Assembly: GCA_001776335.1 (NCBI GenBank) | Contig: MFAZ01000043.1 | Location: 3,984 to 67,983 of the forward strand | DNA length: 64,000 nt | Reading direction: 5' to 3' | From: Candidatus Curtissbacteria bacterium RIFCSPHIGHO2_01_FULL_41_11 | GTDB lineage: Bacteria; Patescibacteriota; Microgenomatia; Curtissbacterales; GWA2-41-24 | Part shown: positions 58,651 to 64,000 of the stretch, piece after piece | Layout of the letters: every line of letters starts with the position of its first letter | How positions within the stretch are numbered: position 1 is the first letter of the stretch | Position numbers and translations under genes: made by a program | The notes under the pieces: generated by a model | The model's database searches: none | Seen by the model: the letters and a program-made list of their open reading frames with translations, nothing else | What the model was told of the DNA's origin: nothing

Positions 58651-58770
58651 GTTTTTACTTTAAGGGACAACCTCTACGGTTTTCCCTTAATATTCCCTTT
58701 CCCTTGAAGGACAAAATTACACTGGCTGAGCCAGATATAATTTTGGATTGTAAAATAAATTTATTCATAT
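58651..58770 (-). promoter_or_regulatory. Conserved leader module copy D (family 1) in the rpsL-rpsG intercistronic region
   Basis: Same 50-nt module as copies C and E. The upstream hairpin has compensatory changes, CTGGC-TGA-GCCAG here against CTAGC-AAA-GCTAG in C and E. Confidence 0.6.
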
Positions 58771-59256
58771 TTATTCTGTTGGTGCTGTAGGCTGAGATGC
58801 AGCTGCCTGGGCACCAACTGTTGCTGCTGCCTGGGCTCCTGTTGTAGCACCAGATTTCTTGGTTCCGTAAAGTGATCTTCCCTGTTTTCTATTTGAAACA
58901 CCTGTTGTGTCAAATTTGCCCCGAATTATGTGATATTTTACTCCGGGTAAATCTTTAACTCTTCCACCTCTTATTAAAACAACAGAGTGTTCTGCCAATT
59001 CGTGTCCGATACCGGGAATGTATGCTGTTATTTCCTGTCTGTTGGAGAGCCTGACGCGGGCCACTTTTCTGAGCGCAGAATTCGGTTTTCTGGGTGTCAT
59101 GGTTTTAACGATTATGCATACACCGCGCTTTTGACCGGAAGGATAACTTACATACCGGTTCGTTCGCGAGTTATAAGCACGCCTTAGACCGGTTAAACCA
59201 ATTCTTTTGATTTTTGCTTTTCTTCCTTTTCGAATTAACTGATTGACTGTTGGCAT
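58771..59256 (-). CDS. rpsL: 30S ribosomal protein S12 (Ala/Thr/Gln-rich C-terminal extension)
   Basis: 161 aa uS12. Confidence 0.95.
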   Translation of the reverse strand: MPTVNQLIRKGRKAKIKRIGLTGLRRAYNSRTNRYVSYPSGQKRGVCIIVKTMTPRKPNSALRKVARVRLSNRQEITAYIPGIGHELAEHSVVLIRGGRVKDLPGVKYHIIRGKFDTTGVSNRKQGRSLYGTKKSGATTGAQAAATVGAQAAASQPTAPTE

Positions 59257-59399
59257 ATCGTTACTTTAAGGGACAACCTCTACGGTTTTCCCTTAATATT
59301 CCCTTTCCCCAATGGTAAATTTAAACTAGCAAAGCTAGATTTAAATTTGATTTTAATTGAGGATGACATTTTAAGTTTTTACCGGGTAAATTTCAATGT
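59257..59399 (-). promoter_or_regulatory. Conserved leader module copy E (family 1) between rpoC and rpsL
   Basis: Near-identical 50-nt module ending ...CCCUUAAAGUAACGAUAUG at the rpsL start. Upstream is the hairpin CAAAUUUAAAUCUAGC-UUU-GCUAGUUUAAAUUU, followed by a U-rich run. Confidence 0.6.
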
Positions 59400-62300
59400 T
59401 TACGATTCTTTAATTCTAGCTCTTTCCGCACTGGAGGGGATAAGACGGCCAATTATAACGTTCTCTTTGAGACCCAGAAGTTGGTCGGTTTTGCCTTCGA
59501 TTGCAGCATCAGTTAGCACGTGCGTTGTCTCCTGGAAGGAGGCTGCTGAAAGGAAGCTTTCGGTATAGAGTGCTGCGCGAGTGATACCCAGAATCACGAT
59601 TTGGGCGGTTGCGGGTTCTCCACCCTCTGCAAGAATCTTGGAGTTTTCCTGCTCGAATCTGTGTTTATCTACAAGCTCACCTGGTAGAAGTGCAGTGTCG
59701 CCCGAGGATTCTATTCTGACTTTTTCGCTCATTTTTCTGACTATAACCTCGAAATGTTTGTCGTTAATTGGGACGCCCTGACTTTCGTAAACTTCCTGAG
59801 CGCCTTCAATGACGTATCTTTGTGCGCTTCTGAGGCCAGAAATTGAAAGGATTTCTTTAACATCAAGATATCCTGACGAAAGAGAGGTTCCTGCTGTAAT
59901 TTGATCGCCATCTGCAACTGTTAATTCCGAAGTAGGCGGAATGAAATATTCTTTCTCGACCGGTGGTTTAAGATTGGTACTTCTAACTTTGACTACATAA
60001 CCTTCTGCTGTTTCTTCGACGCTTACTTTGCCGGTTATTTCTGAAATTTTAGCCGCAAATTTTGGAGTTCGAGCCTCGAAAAGCTCTTCGACACGAGGAA
60101 GGCCTTGAGTAATATCAAGACCAACGATTCCACCTGTGTGGAAAGTTCTCATGGTAAGCTGCGTTCCGGGTTCACCAATAGATTGTGCCGCAATTACGCC
60201 AACCGGCGTACCGATAGTAACTTTTTGTCTTGTTGCGAGATCGCGTCCATAGCAGTTTGCGCAAAGACCATATTTTGCTTCGCAAGTTAATATTGATCTT
60301 ACAGTCACTTCCTCTATTCCCGCTTTTTCAATCGCCTCAGCCTTTTCTTCGGTTATTTCTTCTCCGGCTGTGACTATGGGTTTTTTGCCCTTTGGCCCGA
60401 TATCAACTGCTGCGATTCTGCCGGTAATTCTCAGTGTGAAGAGAGCCTGACGTTTATCGTGCTTTGAAACCAACAGTCCGAGTTTAGTGTCACAATCTTC
60501 GGTTCTGATGATTGCGTCATGAGCAACATCGACAAGACGACGGGTGAGGTAACCGGATTCGGCAGTTTTAATCGCCCGGTCAGCCAAACCTTTTCGGGCA
60601 CCACGAGCTGATGTGAAGTATTCAAAAACAGAAAGTCCTTCACGGAAGTTTGATTTAACAGGAAGGGGCACGATTTGCCCTGAAGGATCCGTTACTAAAC
60701 CTCTAATTGCAGCAAGTTGTTTGATCTGTTCCGCTGTTGCACGGGATCCGCCGGAATCAGAAATAATTTTGATGGCGTTTGTGAGCGGCAGGCTTCTCCA
60801 AGTAAGGTCTGCCAGTTCGTTGGTTGTTGAAAGCCAGACTTCCTGGGAGAGTCTCCTTTCCTCTTCTCTTGTTATAAGGCCCATCTTAAAGTTCTTTTCG
60901 ATGTTTTTAACTTCTTTTTCCGCCTTTTGAATAATTTCCTGTTTGTTTGGGACAATCATACAGTCAAAAACCGATACCGAAAGACCGGAAAATGTGGCAC
61001 CTTCGAAACCCAGAGTCTTAAGCCTGTCTATAAGTTCAATTACCTGGTCTTCTGTCAAAAAGTCGACGCTTTTGCCAATTATCTTTTTAATTGCCGATGC
61101 TGAGACTGCGTCGTTTATAAAGCGGAGAGACTCCGGAATCTGCATATTAAAAATAACTCTTCCGGCAGAAGTATCCAGAATGTCTTTTTTGATTTTGACT
61201 TTGATTGGCTGGCGCATGCTAATTTTGGCGGTGTTAACTGCCAGAACAACTTCTTCTTCGCTTTGAAATACGTTTTCTACCGATTCTTTGGTGGAGTCAA
61301 TTGAAGTCAGGTAGTAAATTCCAAGAGCCATTTCTTTGTTGGGTAAAGTGATTGGTGATCCGTCAGCCGGACGAAGCAAGTTTCTGCCGGCCATCATCAA
61401 GCCAATTGCTTCCTCCTGGGATTTTTCAGAAAGAGGGACATGAACTGCCATTTGGTCACCGTCGAAATCGGCGTTGAAACCGGCGCAAATACAAGGATGA
61501 ATTCTAATTGCATCGCCTTCGATTAATATCGGATAGAAGGCTTGAATGCCTAATCTGTGTAGGGTAGGAGCGCGGTTGAGAAGTACCGGGTGATTTTTGG
61601 TAATTTCTTCCAAAATATCCCAGACTTCTCCGCTTCTTCTTTCCAAAAAGTGTTTTGCGCTTTTAACGTTTGGTGCAAATCCGCGGTTTATGACTTCGCG
61701 CAGAACAAATGGCTTAAACATTTCAAGAGCCATTTCTTTGGGTATACCGGTTTGGTTAAGATTGAGTTCGGGACCAACGACAATTACAGAACGACCTGAA
61801 TAGTCAACACGTTTCCCGAGCAGGTTTTGCCTGAATCTTCCCTGTTTCCCACGAAGCATGTCGGAAAGAGACCTTAGTTCTTGTGAAGCTCTGGTTGTCT
61901 TAACTTTTTGAGAATCTATTAGGGCATCTACCGCTTCCTGGAGCATTCTTTTTTCATTTCGAAGAATGATTTCCGGTGCTCCAAGCTCGATAAGTTTTTT
62001 GAGCCTGTTATTTCTGTTTATAACCCTTCGGTAAAGATCGTTAAGATCCGACGTCGCAAACCTACCACCGGAAAGCTGAACCATGGGTCTTAGGTCCGGT
62101 GGCAAAACCGGAAGGGTTTTTATAACCATCCAGGTTGGAGCGATGCCTGCTTTTCGCATCCCCTCGACAACGCGGAGTTTTTTAGCGGCTTTAATGTATT
62201 TTTGTCCGGTAGCTTTTGTGAGTTCCTGCCTAAGCTGTGCTGCCGAATTTGCCAGATCTACTTTTTCCAAAACTGCCAAAACAGCCTCCGCTCCCATGCC

Positions 62301-63089
62301 AACTTTAATGAATTCGTCTGCATTGTAGTCGCCTAGTTTGAAATATTCTTCTTCTGATAGAAGATCCAGGGGCTTTATAGATTTAACAAGGTTCGTGATA
62401 TTTTTGTAGATTTCTTCCAGTCTTGAAAGTTCTTTTGCGTTTTCGTCACGCATCATAGCTGTTTTGTGACGCATCACAAGTTGTGCTTCTTCTATTTTTA
62501 GATCTGACTGTTCTTTTGGACCTGTTTTTTTGGCTTTTATTACGGTGATCTCTTTTTTGCTTTCCGCTTCCAACTCTTCGATTCTCTTTTTGAGAAGGTT
62601 TTGTTGTTCTTTGCTTTTTTGAGCCAATTCGTTTTCTAAACCTTTTAAGACTGCTTTTCTCTTCTCCTCGTCGACTTCGATTACAATGTAGGATGCGAAG
62701 TAAATAACCGCATCAAGGCTTCTTGGCGAAACGTCCAAGAGAAGACCAAGTTTGGAAGGGCTTCCTTTGAAGAACCAGTTGTGGACAACAGGTGCGGCCA
62801 GAGTGATGTGGCCCATTCTTTCTCTTCGGACCCTGGATTGGGTTACTTCAACACCACATTTATCACAAATTATTCCTCGGTATCTGATTCTTTTATATTT
62901 TCCACAGTAACATTCCCAATCCTTTGTAGGTCCAAAAATACGTTCGTCAAAAAGACCATCTTTTTCCGGCTTAAGGGTTCTGTAATTTATTGTTTCGGGC
63001 TTGGTAACTTCTCCAAAAGACCAGGTTTTAATGTCATCGCCTGAGGCTATTGTAAGTTTTAATGCTTCAAAATCTACTAATTCGTTAAT
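59400..63089 (-). CDS. rpoC: DNA-directed RNA polymerase beta-prime subunit. The 5' end is uncertain: there is no ATG, GTG or TTG upstream of the conserved N-terminus, and an AUU initiator is proposed.
   Basis: The track ORF begins at an internal Met (MGHITLAAP). Codon-by-codon translation upstream recovers a conserved beta-prime N-terminus, ...INELVDFEALKLTIASGDDIKTWSFGEVTKPETINYRTLKPEKDGLFDERIFGPTKDWECYCGKYKRIRYRGIICDKCGVEVTQSRVRRERM, open to an in-frame TGA at 63168-63170. NADFDGDQMAVHVP is at the expected position. Confidence 0.85.
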   Translation of the reverse strand: MNELVDFEALKLTIASGDDIKTWSFGEVTKPETINYRTLKPEKDGLFDERIFGPTKDWECYCGKYKRIRYRGIICDKCGVEVTQSRVRRERMGHITLAAPVVHNWFFKGSPSKLGLLLDVSPRSLDAVIYFASYIVIEVDEEKRKAVLKGLENELAQKSKEQQNLLKKRIEELEAESKKEITVIKAKKTGPKEQSDLKIEEAQLVMRHKTAMMRDENAKELSRLEEIYKNITNLVKSIKPLDLLSEEEYFKLGDYNADEFIKVGMGAEAVLAVLEKVDLANSAAQLRQELTKATGQKYIKAAKKLRVVEGMRKAGIAPTWMVIKTLPVLPPDLRPMVQLSGGRFATSDLNDLYRRVINRNNRLKKLIELGAPEIILRNEKRMLQEAVDALIDSQKVKTTRASQELRSLSDMLRGKQGRFRQNLLGKRVDYSGRSVIVVGPELNLNQTGIPKEMALEMFKPFVLREVINRGFAPNVKSAKHFLERRSGEVWDILEEITKNHPVLLNRAPTLHRLGIQAFYPILIEGDAIRIHPCICAGFNADFDGDQMAVHVPLSEKSQEEAIGLMMAGRNLLRPADGSPITLPNKEMALGIYYLTSIDSTKESVENVFQSEEEVVLAVNTAKISMRQPIKVKIKKDILDTSAGRVIFNMQIPESLRFINDAVSASAIKKIIGKSVDFLTEDQVIELIDRLKTLGFEGATFSGLSVSVFDCMIVPNKQEIIQKAEKEVKNIEKNFKMGLITREEERRLSQEVWLSTTNELADLTWRSLPLTNAIKIISDSGGSRATAEQIKQLAAIRGLVTDPSGQIVPLPVKSNFREGLSVFEYFTSARGARKGLADRAIKTAESGYLTRRLVDVAHDAIIRTEDCDTKLGLLVSKHDKRQALFTLRITGRIAAVDIGPKGKKPIVTAGEEITEEKAEAIEKAGIEEVTVRSILTCEAKYGLCANCYGRDLATRQKVTIGTPVGVIAAQSIGEPGTQLTMRTFHTGGIVGLDITQGLPRVEELFEARTPKFAAKISEITGKVSVEETAEGYVVKVRSTNLKPPVEKEYFIPPTSELTVADGDQITAGTSLSSGYLDVKEILSISGLRSAQRYVIEGAQEVYESQGVPINDKHFEVIVRKMSEKVRIESSGDTALLPGELVDKHRFEQENSKILAEGGEPATAQIVILGITRAALYTESFLSAASFQETTHVLTDAAIEGKTDQLLGLKENVIIGRLIPSSAERARIKES

Positions 63090-63201
63090 TTCTCCAAGGG
63101 GACACCAGGGTTTCCCCTTGGTATTCCTCTTCCTCCATAGGATAATTTTGAACTGGCGGAGCCAGATTCAAAATTAATTTTATTTTTATAATTTTCATTG
63201 T
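63090..63201 (-). promoter_or_regulatory. Conserved leader module copy F (family 2) between rpoB and rpoC, overlapping the region where rpoC must initiate
   Basis: Shares GGAAGAGGAAUACCAAGGGGAAACCYUGGUGUCCC with copy A upstream of infA. Upstream hairpin CTGGC-GGA-GCCAG. Confidence 0.55.
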
Positions 63202-64000
63202 TTATTGCTCCAGTTCCATTGGACTGCTCGGTTTTGCGATGTCGGCTTCTGACGCAACGATTTCTGCACCAGAGACTGCAGCGAACTCTTTTGCCTTTTC
63301 CATATCAGCTTCGGTTTTTGCAGTTTCGGTTTCTTCTACAGTTTTTGCACCAATTGTTTGAACGTTTAGAGATAAACTGTTGAGCTCTTTAACCAAAACT
63401 TTGAATGATTCGGGGATTAGGGCCTGGGGAATTTCGGTTCCTTTGATGATTGCCTCAAATGCTTTTGCTCTGCCCACTACATCATCCGATTTTATGGTTA
63501 ACATTTCCTGTAGAGTGTAGGCTGCTCCATAAGCTTCAAGAGCCCAGACCTCCATTTCTCCAAGTCTTTGACCACCCATTTGAGCTTTTCCTCCCAACGG
63601 TTGCTGGGTAATAAGAGAGTATGGACCTGTTGATCTTGCGTGCGTTTTGTCCTCGACCATGTGGATAAGTTTCATAATGTATCCTTGACCTACAACAATC
63701 GGCCTATCGAAGGGGAGACCTGTTCTTCCGTCGTAGAGAACCATTCGCCCGTCTTGTGGAAGACCAGCAGATTTAAGTTCTGAAACTATTTTTTCTTCCT
63801 CAATGTGCTCGAATACCGGGAGAGCTACTTTGTAATTTAAGTTGCTTAAAGCAATTCCAAGATGAGCTTCTAAAAGTTGTCCGAGGTTCATTCGAGAAAG
63901 AACCGAAAGCGGGCTGATTATGATGTCGATTTGGGTTCCATCAGAAAGATAAGGCATGTCTGCAGCAGGAATTATTTTTGAAATAACACCTTTATTGCCG
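63202..64000 (-). CDS. rpoB: DNA-directed RNA polymerase beta subunit, C-terminal part. The gene continues beyond the window end.
   Basis: Conserved beta C-terminal region ...[27 protein letters not shown]..., stop at 63202. Confidence 0.95.
   Translation of the reverse strand, partial: GNKGVISKIIPAADMPYLSDGTQIDIIISPLSVLSRMNLGQLLEAHLGIALSNLNYKVALPVFEHIEEEKIVSELKSAGLPQDGRMVLYDGRTGLPFDRPIVVGQGYIMKLIHMVEDKTHARSTGPYSLITQQPLGGKAQMGGQRLGEMEVWALEAYGAAYTLQEMLTIKSDDVVGRAKAFEAIIKGTEIPQALIPESFKVLVKELNSLSLNVQTIGAKTVEETETAKTEADMEKAKEFAAVSGAEIVASEADIAKPSSPMELEQ

Noticed and set aside
59581-63044. Multiple 60-110-aa plus-strand ORFs inside rpoC, EF-G, EF-Tu, purL and elsewhere
   Set aside because: They are antisense to high-confidence conserved genes and are ordinary shadow ORFs.
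63116-63168. 17-codon u[20 protein letters not shown] inside module F as the real rpoC start (with frameshift)
   Set aside because: The uORF ATG is not conserved in the homologous module A upstream of infA, and no slippery site or stop context typical of +1 frameshifting is evident. Reported as an alternative under the rpoC start finding.
1-64000. CRISPR arrays, IS elements or transposases, integrases
   Set aside because: No direct-repeat/spacer periodicity and no transposase- or integrase-like ORFs were seen. The repeats found are short leader modules, not mobile elements.

Overview
Low-GC, almost entirely minus-strand-coded window that looks like a Candidate Phyla Radiation (Patescibacteria-like) bacterium. 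This placement is an inference from gene content: there is no L30 between rpsE and rplO, several promoters give leaderless starts, the purine genes are archaeal-type PurP, and a sortase is present.

Layout:
- 1-8.1 kb: membrane and secreted proteins, namely a SpeE-like membrane protein (partial), a ZIP transporter, a cupredoxin-like protein with a polytopic membrane partner, ComM/YifB, a sortase with a putative substrate, and a thermonuclease.
- 8.7-24.9 kb: a nearly complete de novo purine and GMP cluster, read in transcription order as purN, purD, purS-purL fusion, purQ, purM-like, an unknown 177-aa gene, purP, purA, a second purP, purB, purE, purC, guaA, a HAD hydrolase and rdgB. There is no purH or purO.
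- 25.3 kb: RNase P RNA (rnpB).
- 25.7-35 kb: AI-2E transporter, miaA, two GT-C/GT39 membrane glycosyltransferases, a MiaB-like methylthiotransferase, dgkA, HU, rny.
- 34.9-36.8 kb: recX, recA and tRNA-Pro(GGG).
- 37.3-64 kb: the canonical block rpoB, rpoC, rpsL, rpsG, fusA, tuf, the S10/spc/alpha ribosomal-protein genes, secY, adk, map, infA, rpmJ, rpsM, rpsK, rpsD, rpoA, rplQ, rplM, rpsI.

Most notable observations:
- Two families of highly conserved repeated leader/intercistronic RNA modules sit directly upstream of rplD, rpsG, rpsL, infA, rpsZ and rpoC. They carry hairpins with compensatory base changes.
- rpoC has no ATG/GTG/TTG start; an AUU codon sits where B. subtilis beta-prime has its Met.
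- An 86-aa GreA-N-domain-like coiled-coil gene with its own strong promoter is inserted between rpsG and fusA.
- An uncharacterised 177-aa gene is embedded in a purine operon that lacks an IMP cyclohydrolase.
- Several other small ORFs and structured spacers lie in the ribosomal operons.
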